64,000 nucleotides of DNA from Terriglobia bacterium (GTDB lineage: Bacteria > Acidobacteriota > Terriglobia > 2-12-FULL-54-10), in contig CAXVYR010000003.1 of assembly GCA_963666975.2 (NCBI GenBank), positions 1,024,001 through 1,088,000 on the forward strand. Direction: 5' to 3'. Positions 19,647 to 30,400 of the stretch are shown here, one piece after another. The notes under the pieces are model-generated. The model was not told the DNA's origin. It ran no database searches and saw nothing but the letters and a program-made list of their open reading frames with translations. Both the position numbers and the translations under genes were made by a program. Position 1 is the first letter of the stretch, and each line of letters opens with the position of its first letter.

Positions 19647-20626
19647 GGAGCCTCCGGAAGAATAACTTTTCCTTGATTTTTTCAACGCTGGGGATGGTTT
19701 GTCAATAAAGTTCTGTATGTAGTCCGGACAATTGCTTGGCGCCGTGCGATTTCCGCCCCCCCTTCTACAGGGTCCTCGCGTGGTGGCGCTTGAACCACTG
19801 CTCGGCGTTGCGCTCAATCCCGTCATGGTCGGCAAGAACTTGGTCGAGCATCATGAGCAACTCCAGGACTAGGATGGGAAGTGCCTCCCGGTGAAGACAG
19901 AGCGACCTGCCGGCTCGATGCGGCACTTCAGGACCGGCCCGTCCAACTCGGGATTCCAACCGAGACGGAGTGGATCAAAGGAGGAATGGGGAGCGAGCTG
20001 CGGGGGCAGGTGGAGGGCATCAAGCGCTGGTATCGCAACGACTGGATCGCGCTCGACAACGTACTGCGCAACCCATAGAGCGGGGCTGCGGCAGCAACCA
20101 CCGTCAAGAAACCGTCAGAAAACTCGTCCATCAAGCGGGCTAGGCGTAGGCGTTGCGAGCGAAAGCAGACGCCCCAAAACCGTGTAAGAGCAACGAAAGG
20201 AAAGAGTTGGGAGAAAACCGTGGAAGACGCCAGCCTTCCTCTGGAGCATTCCCGTAAAGGTACATGCCGCCACCGTAAACTGCATACTTGCGGCGCCATA
20301 GGCCCGTGTCGCGCTAAGGAGGTAAGAGACATGGTACCGTCATTACATAGATCACTCGTGGCGTGGATGAGCATTGTGCTGCTTTGGCCTCTATCAATGA
20401 GCGAAGCTCAAACCAAAGAGACGGAAACAAATCCCAGCATTTTCTCGCTGACGGAAGCACGCGCCGTTTTTTGTTCAAATGGCGATTGAGCCGTCGCAGC
20501 AAGCTCCTACCGCGCGCTCAACTCTGTATAAGACAGCGCTCCCTAACGCGGCAGGTACAATCGAAGTATGCGCGGTTCCTGTGGACAATAGCAACTTGGG
20601 TTTATACACGCGGGGATGGACCCTAA

Positions 20627-22286
20627 CCCGCATTTCCAGTTTGAAACTGTAGAAGCAACCTTCGACTAGCCTCCAACATCAATATTGATGCTGGTTTCAG
20701 CATCAACATTGGCGTGCGGAGGTATACACCGAATGGGTGAGAGACAAAATCAGCCATTTCAACTCACTTTTAATGCCTCGTTGAAGGTCGCTTTCCACGG
20801 ATCGAGGGTCACCTCCAACGGAGGGTTGATTCTGGTGCGGGAGTTGGACGAACGATTGGGATTCGGTGAACTCATCAAGCAGCACCTAGCCGATCCTCGG
20901 GGGAAGAACACACGGTTGCCCCTCGCGGACCTGCTACGGCAGTCGGTGTACAGTCGCTTGGCTGGATACGAGGATGTGAACGATGCCGAGCAACTCTCAC
21001 GAGATCCGACCTTCCGGCTGATCGGTTCCGAGAAGAATTGGGATCGAGGGGCAGCACTGCCATCCCGGTTGCAAACCTTCGAGACGGAGTTGCTGGCTGA
21101 GGAGGAAAACTTCGCAGGGCTGGCACGGCTGAACCGGGAACTGATCGGCAGGGCAGAAGCAATCGATTCGCCGTACCGGGTAGTGCTCGACATGGACTCG
21201 ACTGAGATCCCGGTCTACGGGGAGCAGGAGCAAAGCGCCTACAACGGGCACTTCGAGTCCACCTGTTATCATCCGGTGCTTCTGTTCAATGGAGGCGGCG
21301 ATTGTCTAGCGGCCAAGCTCCGTGCCGGCAACGTCCATAGTGCCGAAGGCTGGGAAGAACTTCTGTTGCCGGAGATCGAACGCCAGCAGTTGATGGGGAA
21401 AGAAGTCGTGTTTCGGGCTGACGCGGCCTTTGCCAAGCCGGAGGTTTACGAAGCGTTGGAGGAGCGGGGTGTGAAGTATGCCATCCGCATCCCTTCCAAC
21501 GAGAACCTCCAGCGGGACATCGAGGAGTTGCTGAAACGTCCGGTAGGAAGGCCGGGCCAGAAGCCGTTGGTGGAGTACAAGGGGTTTCTGTACCAAGCCG
21601 AGAGTTGGAAGACGGCCCGACGGGTGGTAGCCAAGGTAGAACATCATCCGGGGGAGTTGTTCCCGCGAGTGGGGTTCATTGTCACGAATCTGCCCCTTCC
21701 GAGTCGGGCGGTGGTGCGTTTCTATAATAAGCGAGGGACAGCAGAGCAGTGGATTAAGGAAGGCAAGCAGGCGGTGAAGATGACGCGGCTCAGTTGCCAT
21801 CGGTTCCGCTCCAACGAGGTACGGCTGTGGCTGACCATCATTGCCTATAATCTGGGAAATCTTTGGCGGCGGCTGGTGCTGCCACAGAGAATCGGGAACT
21901 GGTCCCTGACGAGCTTGCAGCAGCGGTTGGTGAAAACCGGAGGACGCCTGATTAAGCATGCCCGCTACTATTGGCTATTGCTGGCAGAGAGCCATCTGAC
22001 GAGACGTTTATTTGCTAGCATGCTGGGGCGAATAGATGGGCTGTCGCTTCCGTCGGGATAGCCTAGCCTGCGGCGCACCCAAGAAAATGATTCCGATATC
22101 CCCCAGGCATGGAGAGGTGTCTGCAAAAGCTGGTTCTGGAAGCCGAGGCGATGGGTTTTGGGGACTCGGAAAGAGCGGCTGGAAGCCGCTGGCAGTATCT
22201 CGGAGAAAATATTTGTCTGGAAGGGCTCAATTGAAGGCCAACGGATGTATGCTCACGAGTCGGATGGGCCAAAAAACTAATTCCGG
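20627..22286 (+). mobile_element. IS1380-family element, copy 1
   Basis: Ends CCCGCATTTCCAGTTT...AACTAATTCCGG are shared with copy 2; no target duplication. Confidence 0.88.
20733..22061 (+). CDS. IS1380-family DDE transposase
   Basis: VTSNGGL, AGYEDVND, LDMDST, FRADAAF, YNKRGTAEQWIKEGK; GGAGG RBS before ATG 20733. Confidence 0.95.
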   Translation: MGERQNQPFQLTFNASLKVAFHGSRVTSNGGLILVRELDERLGFGELIKQHLADPRGKNTRLPLADLLRQSVYSRLAGYEDVNDAEQLSRDPTFRLIGSEKNWDRGAALPSRLQTFETELLAEEENFAGLARLNRELIGRAEAIDSPYRVVLDMDSTEIPVYGEQEQSAYNGHFESTCYHPVLLFNGGGDCLAAKLRAGNVHSAEGWEELLLPEIERQQLMGKEVVFRADAAFAKPEVYEALEERGVKYAIRIPSNENLQRDIEELLKRPVGRPGQKPLVEYKGFLYQAESWKTARRVVAKVEHHPGELFPRVGFIVTNLPLPSRAVVRFYNKRGTAEQWIKEGKQAVKMTRLSCHRFRSNEVRLWLTIIAYNLGNLWRRLVLPQRIGNWSLTSLQQRLVKTGGRLIKHARYYWLLLAESHLTRRLFASMLGRIDGLSLPSG

Positions 22287-22298
22287 TAGAATGAGGAC

Positions 22299-22565
22299 AT
22301 GAGCACCGCACCCGCGAAGCAGCACGGGCGCGCCAGTACTGTCGCGGCGATTCGTAGTTTTCTCCTAGCCATCTTCCTCCTCGGGTTGCTCGGCACGGGC
22401 GCGGAGTTGCTGCTGGTGAAGCATACGGAGGAAGCATGGCAATGGGTCCCGCTGCTGCTGATCCTGACCAGTCTCCTCGTGCTCGGATGGCACGCAGCCG
22501 ATCGGCGGGCAGCAAGCCTGCGGGTTTTCCAGGCTAAGATATTGAAAAACCAATTGCGTCATTGA
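22299..22565 (+). pseudogene. Probable truncated small membrane protein
   Basis: Two hydrophobic helices (ELLLVKHTEEAWQWVPL), then an abrupt switch to AT-rich sequence. Confidence 0.4.
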
Positions 22566-22786
22566 TAAGTTTCAGCTGTATCAAATGATTTGGTTTGGTG
22601 CGGCTTCCTCCAGGTATTCGATCAGCCTGCTGGAGGTAAATCTTATAGCAAAGCTGCCACTGCAACCGGAAAACCTAGGTGTGTATAACCGGACCGATTT
22701 GGCAGACTTCTCGGTCGTGGGAGGGGATAAGATGAACAGCCGGAAGTATGCTTAAGGAAATGAGCTTGCAGAATCAGGAGGGGAAC

Positions 22787-23608
22787 ATGGATTGCTTGCG
22801 CAGCACAGGCACGTTGATCGTTGCCGGACCGAGTCGCGATGGTTTGATCATTGCCGCCGATACGTGTGCCACACTCCCTGATGGCCAAAAATACTCCAAA
22901 CACAAGCTGATTATCCTGACCCGGCCGCGCCGTACCGTCCTAGCCGTCGCCGGCACTGTCGTCATTCATCCCGATCCGCCTGAGGGGACTACTGACATTA
23001 TTGACTTCATACATAAAACTAAACCATTGTTGGACCTTGAAGAGGTGGCCCATGATTGCTTAGAGGCCGGACCGGATGAACTCACAGAAGAAATTATTCG
23101 CAATACAGCGGCAGCCTGCACAGAAGCCGCAAATGAATTGATTCGGAATCATCCTGAGGTGCTGACGAAGCTCAAACACCCCGACTTCTTCCATTTGATG
23201 GTCACCAGCTTCCAGCCCAGCACAGGTAAATCGACCATCGGCACCTGTCGTGCATGCGTCGAGAATGGAGTACTTCGGACCTTAGAACCTAAGTGGATCG
23301 AGTTTGAGCCGTCAAGTGTTTTCGACACCCTCTTCATCGGCGAGTCAAAATGGGTAAAAGAGGAAGTCGTACCTCAACCTGAATTCATGGAAATAGCCTG
23401 CAAATGTGGAGTGGGATCGAGTAGTGTTGCCGATACAACCCTCGAAACCTCAGAGAAGGTGTGCGTCGCAATCATCGAACTGGCCGCGAAGACCGCCGCC
23501 AGCAGCCGCTATCCACCATCATCCGGAATAGAACCGCCGATTGACGTTCTTTTTATCGGAGAAAAAGAGCCACCGGTGAAGCGCCAATGGGCATCATTCG
23601 ACAATTAG
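22787..23608 (+). CDS. Proteasome beta-subunit/HslV-like Ntn-hydrolase
   Basis: AGGAGG RBS; MDCLRSTG|TLIVAGPSRDGLIIAADT...KHKL...LAVAG gives Thr1, Asp17, Lys32, Gly48 spacing. Confidence 0.65.
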   Translation: MDCLRSTGTLIVAGPSRDGLIIAADTCATLPDGQKYSKHKLIILTRPRRTVLAVAGTVVIHPDPPEGTTDIIDFIHKTKPLLDLEEVAHDCLEAGPDELTEEIIRNTAAACTEAANELIRNHPEVLTKLKHPDFFHLMVTSFQPSTGKSTIGTCRACVENGVLRTLEPKWIEFEPSSVFDTLFIGESKWVKEEVVPQPEFMEIACKCGVGSSSVADTTLETSEKVCVAIIELAAKTAASSRYPPSSGIEPPIDVLFIGEKEPPVKRQWASFDN

Positions 23609-24014
23609 GCATCTGAGAAATGTTAGATTGAGCCGGCGAGGTTGTGTTGGGTGCTGTCTTGGCCTGGAGCACCGCCTGGACCCTTCCAAGGCTCTCAGAT
23701 GCCTCCCACCGTTCGCCAAATGATTCTAGGCCCCGTGTGAAGTTTCACACGGATACAGTAGGGCTGGTCCTGCCGGGAGTTTTAGCTTTTCCAACGCCCT
23801 TCCACCCGTTCCTGTGTGTGCTGCCACATTGTCGCGGGTGTCACCTTGGAAGCTCCCAGTAACTTACCGGAACTTTTCCCGCCGGATTGCCATTATCAAA
23901 GTAAGAGCCAAATAGTACCGGACACTGTCCATGGTCAAGCAGCCTAAGCCGGAGTTTCAGTCTTAGTATGATTTTTGATTGTGACCATGAAGAAGAAAGA
24001 TTGAGTGTTATTTT

Positions 24015-25292
24015 GAGGGTGTCCCATACATAGTTGAAGGTTGAACGGCGGTTCGGCCCGAATCGAATAGAATCGGGCCAAGCCTTCCTATAGAAGGAGA
24101 ACCGCCGAATGAAGGGAAAATATCACGTTTTGGAACTGGGTTCCAAGGGAGCCGAAGAAACCATCCAGAAGTTTTGCCAAACCAACGGACAGATGCTGTT
24201 GCCGGTGGTGGATCTGATCACGGAGGCGCGTCTGGCGGTGGATGAGGTGATTGATCGGGCCGGGCGAGGTTTGATTGAAAATTCTGAGCATGAGCGCAGA
24301 GCAAATCGCGGGGCCAAAGAGTCCCGGGAAGGCGAGCGGAGAGGTGCGCTGGCATGGCCGGCAATTGGGGAGGGTGAAACTGGCCGATCGCCAGCTGCGG
24401 GTGGAGCGGCCCCGGCTGCGCCGGAAGGGCGGAGGGGAAGAAGTGCCGGCCTTGCGGAAAAGCGAGAAGACGGGCGAGGAGATGTTCGAGGCACTGTTGA
24501 AAGGGGTTTCGACGCGGCTGTGACTGGGGTGTCGAAGTCTCAGGTTGGAAGAACTGTTGGCGCGGCGCTGGGAGGAGGTCCTGGTGATTTACCTGGACGG
24601 AATGCCGGCTTCATCAGCGCCGTGGGCGTGGACAGCGAGGGCTGTGCTGGGGATTCAACTGGGCGCGACCGAAAACGCCGCTGCGGTGAAAGACCTTCTC
24701 ACCCGCCTGCGCCAGCAAGGTTTGATCAGCGCTATCTGTTTGTGTCAAAGCGCTCCGCGCCGAGGAAGTATTCGGCAGCAATCAAGCGTTGCCCCAGCTG
24801 CGCAACGTGGCTGAGCGGTTACCAAAGGGCGACAAAATGCTGGCGAACAGGTGCGGTCGCTGATGCGCCCGCCTGGGATTGCCGAGGAGGCATCGTGCGC
24901 ATTCGCTGGGATGATCGAGTGCGATCATCCGGCAGCAGCCGCCAGCTTGCGCGAAGGGTTGGAGGAGACCTTTACGATCAATCGAGCCGACGTTCCTCCC
25001 AGCCTCCACCGCTGCCTGGCAACCACGAACCTCATCGAGAGCCCGCAGTCGGGCGTGCGGAAAAAGACTGGCAATGTTTGCCGCTGGCGCGACGGCGAGA
25101 TGACGTTGCGCTGGGTGGCAGGAGCGTTTCTGCTGACCGAGAAGAATTTCCGGAAGATCATGTTATCAATCTCTGGGCTTTGGCATCGATTCTCGGCCGA
25201 AGTCCAAACGCTGCTTCCTCTCACAAGGAGGAAGTGGCGTAATATGAACTCAACCCGCCGTCCCAACCTGCAACTGAGTTTGGGACACCTTC
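24015..25292 (+). mobile_element. Degenerate IS256-family element (transposase pseudogene, multiple frameshifts)
   Basis: IRs GAGGGTGTCCCA / TGGGACACCTTC; 8-bp target duplication GTTATTTT (24007-24014, 25293-25300); fragments VERPRLR, LKGVSTR, IYLDG, GATENA, TTNLIES in different frames. Confidence 0.9.
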
Positions 25293-25403
25293 GTTATTTT
25301 TTCACGCAGGATTTAGTTTAAGTGAGGATAAAGTTGCATAATGGAGTTTCGGTCCTAATCCCAGCCGGTCAGGCAACTACCGGAACTGTTGAGAGTGTCG
25401 GGC

Positions 25404-25748
25404 TTATGCTTCGATACTGAGCCTGCCCTGTCGCGATGAACGGGGCTCTCGAATGACGATTTCCACATCACGCCCAAGTGCCGTCAACAGGCGCAGGAGG
25501 CGCTCAATGGAATACTCCCGAAAGCTTCCCCGTAGGAGGCGCGAAACGTCGGGTTGGGACAGTCCAAGCAACTTCGCCGCCTCGACCTGCTTGAATCCGC
25601 GCTGGCGAACGATCTTGTCAATGCGGGTGACGAGCTCTGCCTTTAACAGGTGAGCCTCGGCGTCAGGACGCCCCAGGTCTGCGAACACGTTGCCGCTGCC
25701 ACGTGTGATCTTCATTTTTTCCGTCTTCATTGATCTACTCTTCGCCAT
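25404..25748 (-). CDS. HigA-like XRE antitoxin
   Basis: GSGNVFADLG...QVEAAKLLGLSQPDVSRLLRG...YSIERL; overlaps the upstream toxin stop. Confidence 0.9.
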   Translation of the reverse strand: MAKSRSMKTEKMKITRGSGNVFADLGRPDAEAHLLKAELVTRIDKIVRQRGFKQVEAAKLLGLSQPDVSRLLRGSFREYSIERLLRLLTALGRDVEIVIREPRSSRQGRLSIEA

Positions 25749-26103
25749 AGGTTTTCGTGTAGTGCTGCTCCGCTGCCTTCAGCCTGTGCTTGACCAGATC
25801 GATCTCTTGCTTTGGTGTTGCGATGCCCCGCTTGGCTTTCTTTTGGAAGGCATGCAGGACATAAACGGCGGCCTTGAACCGCACCGTGTACACCGCCCGG
25901 TAGGTGTCGCCGTCGTGACTTGAGACGATCTCTAGGACATGGGCGCCCAACCCCTTGAGCGGTTTGGCATCGCGGTGTTTGAGTCCGGCCTGGGCCTGGT
26001 ATAGAGCAAAGCCAGCCTGATCCTGCACGGCGGCTGGAAACTTCTTGAGGTCTCCTTTGCTTGAGCCGACCCATTCGACCGGCTTCAGCACCTCTTTGGG
26101 CAT
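25735..26103 (-). CDS. RelE/HigB-like (Gp49/DUF891-type) toxin
   Basis: KPVEWVGSSK.DL..FP, AKPLKG, DTYRAVYTV, VYVLHAFQKK; toxin-before-antitoxin order. Confidence 0.9.
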   Translation of the reverse strand: MPKEVLKPVEWVGSSKGDLKKFPAAVQDQAGFALYQAQAGLKHRDAKPLKGLGAHVLEIVSSHDGDTYRAVYTVRFKAAVYVLHAFQKKAKRGIATPKQEIDLVKHRLKAAEQHYTKTYGEE

Positions 26104-26638
26104 CTCTAAATATAGCGGTATAACCATATTTCTGCAAGCGCCATTTTGACGGCAGGTGCACCAACGTAACTTGCAACCACGCCTCTCTCATCACTGATCC
26201 GTGGTCCTAACGTATCCGAACAGGAGGCCCCCCCAGTACCTGCCTCACCGGATTGGTTTCATCGGCAGCGCGACGGTGACCCGACCGGGGATTTTTGTAC
26301 CACCGAAAGTGAGAGAGAAATCTCATGAAGTAGGGTACAACAAAGCCGGCCAGGTCAGTCCCGCTAAGTCGGACTGCAGGTGCCGAAAGGTCTAGATCAA
26401 AATCGATTCTTGCGAAAGGGATTTGATGAATGTAGGTGACGATTTCGTGGGGAGTAATGCCTGGTTACGAGGTGTGAGTAAACTGTGTAAGGACTTGCGA
26501 GAGCCGATTTACGACCGTGACAAAACCGTGACAAAACCCCCGAATCTGAATCGGTTGGGATTAGCTTTGAGCGAAAAGCAGAGTCCCTAAGTTATTGAAC
26601 AATATAGAAGCAGATAGAAGCAATAGAGAGGGGTTCAG

Positions 26639-26680
26639 TGCTTGTAAGGCAGGTGCTCTAACCAACTGAGCTACCGGCCG
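26639..26680 (-). other. Second tRNA-Val(TAC) 5'-half fragment (att-like scar)
   Basis: 33 bp (26641-26673) identical to 18120-18152; ends in the anticodon arm. Confidence 0.8.
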
Positions 26681-26991
26681 CCAGCCCCGGAAACGATCTT
26701 TCCGTTACCGCCGGGTTCCGCTCTGTTCCACCCGACTGCAACGGCTCATGGACTAACATAAAAAGTGGACCAACAACCGGGGGCAGGTCACCGTCATCTG
26801 CATAAGCTCTCGGGCGCGCAGAGTGGAAAATGGATCCGGTGAGCATTATCACGCTACAGGGGTTTGGACGCAAAAGACCGCATGGATCCGCAATACTCAC
26901 CTTGAAGTTGGTACGAAATCTCGGGACCCCTCATACATATCCTGCTCGTCCACTGGCAACTTCTGTTCCTAGCTGAATCTGGCGATCGTTG

Positions 26992-27432
26992 TTATCCCGC
27001 GTCTGCGCCCGTAAGCACATATTCGAACCGGTCACATTCTCGTGCCAGCGTCTCGATGTAGAGATCGAGCTCCTCATGATCGAGAGTCGCAGCCGGGACC
27101 TCGATCAGCCCGATGAGCCGGTCGTCGTCATCGAAGGCAAACGTGACCAACGGTTTGGAGGCGTTGCGACGCCACGCGCGGTATGCGATGCGGCGCCGAT
27201 GGTCGTTGTTTCGGGTTACGTCCGACGCGGGGAGTATGACAGACCGAAAAACGTACCGGTCTTCATCCCGCGACACGCGAATGGCCTGACTTCGGCCGCT
27301 CTCGTGCAGTTTTACCCGGACAACCTCACCCTCGCGCGTCCATCGACGACCACGCCGTGTAGAAAGCTGGTCGATACGTGAAAGCAGATCTTTCATCGTC
27401 GGCCTTTGTGCTGAAGAGTCATCAGATGTCAT
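26992..27432 (-). CDS. Small protein, putative YbjN/type III chaperone-like fold
   Basis: 146 aa; inferred alpha-beta3-alpha-beta2-alpha pattern ending TLDHEELDLYIETLARECDRFE; start overlaps the helicase stop. Confidence 0.65.
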   Translation of the reverse strand: MTSDDSSAQRPTMKDLLSRIDQLSTRRGRRWTREGEVVRVKLHESGRSQAIRVSRDEDRYVFRSVILPASDVTRNNDHRRRIAYRAWRRNASKPLVTFAFDDDDRLIGLIEVPAATLDHEELDLYIETLARECDRFEYVLTGADAG

Positions 27433-30400
27433 CTTGTTCGACCAGTCGGTTTGCCAGCACTCCCGCGGCGCCTACCGTCCTTGTCACGAGCGACTCGAGC
27501 TCTTCGAACTGCGTCGTGTTCGGGTGAAACACGATGTCCCCTTCGACGGAGATCCGATCCGTGCGGTCCGCCGGGTCAGGATGCACACACACCTTGGCAC
27601 ACTTGAGCTCTTGCTGAAGCTCGTACAACTCATCGAGTCGGTTGTCGTCGTGCTCAATTTCCACGGGACCCACTTCGCTGCTGCAATGGAGGAGCGTGGC
27701 GTCCCCTGCCGCCTGCGACCGCAGCTGCAATCGAAAAGGTTGCTCCATGCCTCGCTCGTCCGCGTCTCGGTACATCAGACGGCCCTGCCGCACGAGGGCG
27801 TATCCGCGCCGGAGCAGCGGGTCGGTCGCGCGAAGCGCACGGATGGCGTACCGCTCTTGAAAGCTCGACCACAGTTTGTCAAGGTGCTTCACGTCGGCGT
27901 CTAGATCTCGCCTTACGACAGACGTTGGGTCCATCTCGCCTTCGAGCCACTGCGTCTGAATCGGGAACGCCGGCTTCAGTTCTCCCTCCAGCGGTGGAAT
28001 TGCCTCAAGTTTCTCGAGCATCTCCCGCGCCGTGTTGATGCGGCTGCCGAGCGCCTGCGAATCTGCCTTCTTCTGGTGGATGAGCTGCAGGAACCGGTTG
28101 AGGCGGTGTAAAACTCGACGCACCTGCAGGATCTCCACCGTATCCTGCAGGTGCGGGTAGTACACCTGGAGGAAGTCCGCGGCGTCTGGTTCGGTATTCT
28201 CCCCATCCAGCCGTCGCTGCACCAGTGAACCGATCCGATCGATGCGGCCGGTGCGTTGCTCCATGGCCGACGGGGTCCACGTGATGCCGTAATGGACGAC
28301 CTGCCGGCAGAACGTGTGCAGATCTTCTCCTTCCTGGAGTACGTCTGTGGTGACCAGCGCGAGTGGGAATCCGGGCATGCGGAACTGCGACACGAGGCGC
28401 TTGTTAACGCCGCCAGACATCCGCCCTACCGGAACCTGCCGTTGAAGCGTTAAGCCGAACCACGAGGCCAGCTGATCGAGCTTCCCGGCGGGGACGTCCG
28501 GGAAGTTCACGCCGAGGAGGAGGTCAAAGAATTCCGCTGCCTGCGACAGCTCGTAGTACGCGTGAAAGCCTGGCTGACGAGACTGCGCTTCGAGCAACCC
28601 GGCAAACGCGTATGCCAGATCCCGAACAGGTTCGTCCGATTCGGTCTCTTGCCGAAGCGTAAACGACCCGAGCTGTTTAATCGCTAACAGATAAAGATCG
28701 ATGTAGCTCGCGCCAAGACGCGCCATGGCGCTGAGGAGCTCCCGTCGCTGCTCCCGCCGACGGAATCGATGCCTGAAGTCTCCAGCATCCTCAGGCCAGA
28801 TCTGTCTTCTGAGATCCGGGTGTTTGACCAGTTCGGTAATGAAGCTGGTGAACCCGATCGCCTGTTCGGGACCGGGGAAGCCCGCAGGCGGATCTGCAAT
28901 CCCCCCGCGCGGGTCCGGAAACCTCTCGTCGAGCATGATGCGTGCCTGATCGCCGAGCTGACCTCCTGCTTTCTCGATCAGCTCAAGGGCCGCCTGCTGA
29001 TACGCCAGAAACACGTGAAGGCGCGGGTACCCTTTTTCTTGTTGGGTCAGGTGCGTGAAATGCCGATACGCTCGCGGCCTGAGGCTGTCAACTAGAGCAG
29101 GAAGCGATACGCCGACAATACCGGCGAGTTCGGCCAGTGGATCGGCTGGGCGATCGAGCAGCCAGCTCACGTAGTCGTCTTCGAAGAACGTGGCGTAGAC
29201 GGAACTCTGACTCGAGAGTCGATTCTTCTGAAACGCTGCCCCCGACAACACGCCACGCGGACCACTGCCGCGAAAGAACCACGAAAAGAACGTCTCCGCG
29301 CTGCCATCGTCATCTTCGTCAATGGCCCCTCGTTCTTCGGGAATCTTGGAAGGTTCACTCTCCGCTTCGTCGAGCGGTTTCTTCTGCTGTTGCTCGTCCG
29401 GGCGCCTGGCTCTCTCGCGCGCATATCGTTCGAAAATCTCGTGGATCTTTGGCGCCAGGCCAGGAAGCACCGCCGTCATGCGATCGCAAAGCCAGCGATC
29501 GAAGTGGGCGTTCAGTTTTGCCGCCAGCTCGTCGACCGTTCGAACACGACGAACGAACACCAACACTTTGTCGCCGGTTTCGAACACCGGCGCAAACGAG
29601 TCAGCGGTACTGTCAAGTTTCGGATGCGGCAGCGTGCCGCCAAACTTGGTACGATACGACTCGACCATTGCCGCAATCGCTTTGGTATCGATACCTCGGC
29701 ATTCATCGTCGGTGTCCCCTTGCTTGCCATCGAAGATCGAGGACGGTCCATCCTCATCGTCTGTGACAGTCGCTTCTTGAAGCCCAGCGGGGCGGTTGCT
29801 TCTCCCGATGGTTTCCAAGAAGCTCTCGAACGAGGAGAGCATGCCGATCTGAAAGCTGTTCTTGAACCGTTCGTCACGGAGGATCTCGGCCACCTTCTTC
29901 TGCATCAGCCCGACCACGAGGCGCTGCTTAGGATCTGCGATGCGCATCGGCTCGTCGTGAACCCGGTAGCCACCCTGGCGCCACTCGCGTCGATACATGT
30001 TCTTCGTATAGAGCCGTCCGTTGATTCTCAGACCAGCCACGCGCCGCACCATGAGCCGTCCGAGGATCTTTCGCTTTTCATCTTCGGACACGTCTGCACT
30101 GAGGAGGCGGTCAACGCTAACCGGGTCACTACCGTTCGAGTCCCAGAGCCTGGCCTTTCCGTAGCCGAGCACGTCCAGTTGACGTTGGATCGCGGCATAG
30201 TCATCTTCGAACGGTGTCGCCGAGAGGAGCAGCACGTGCTTTGCCTTGTGACGGTACCAGGAATACCCATTCGCCTTCCCTTCGGGATGGCCAAAGGCAA
30301 ACCCCATCACCCGGTTTCGATTGCTGACGCTGAGGCCAAAGCCGTGTTTGAGGTTGTGGGCTTCGTCAATCACCAGGAGATCGACCGGTGGCATGGCTGC

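Noticed and set aside
24109-25242. 377-aa ORF as an intact protein
   Set aside because: Only its ends resemble IS256 transposase; the conserved motifs lie in other frames.
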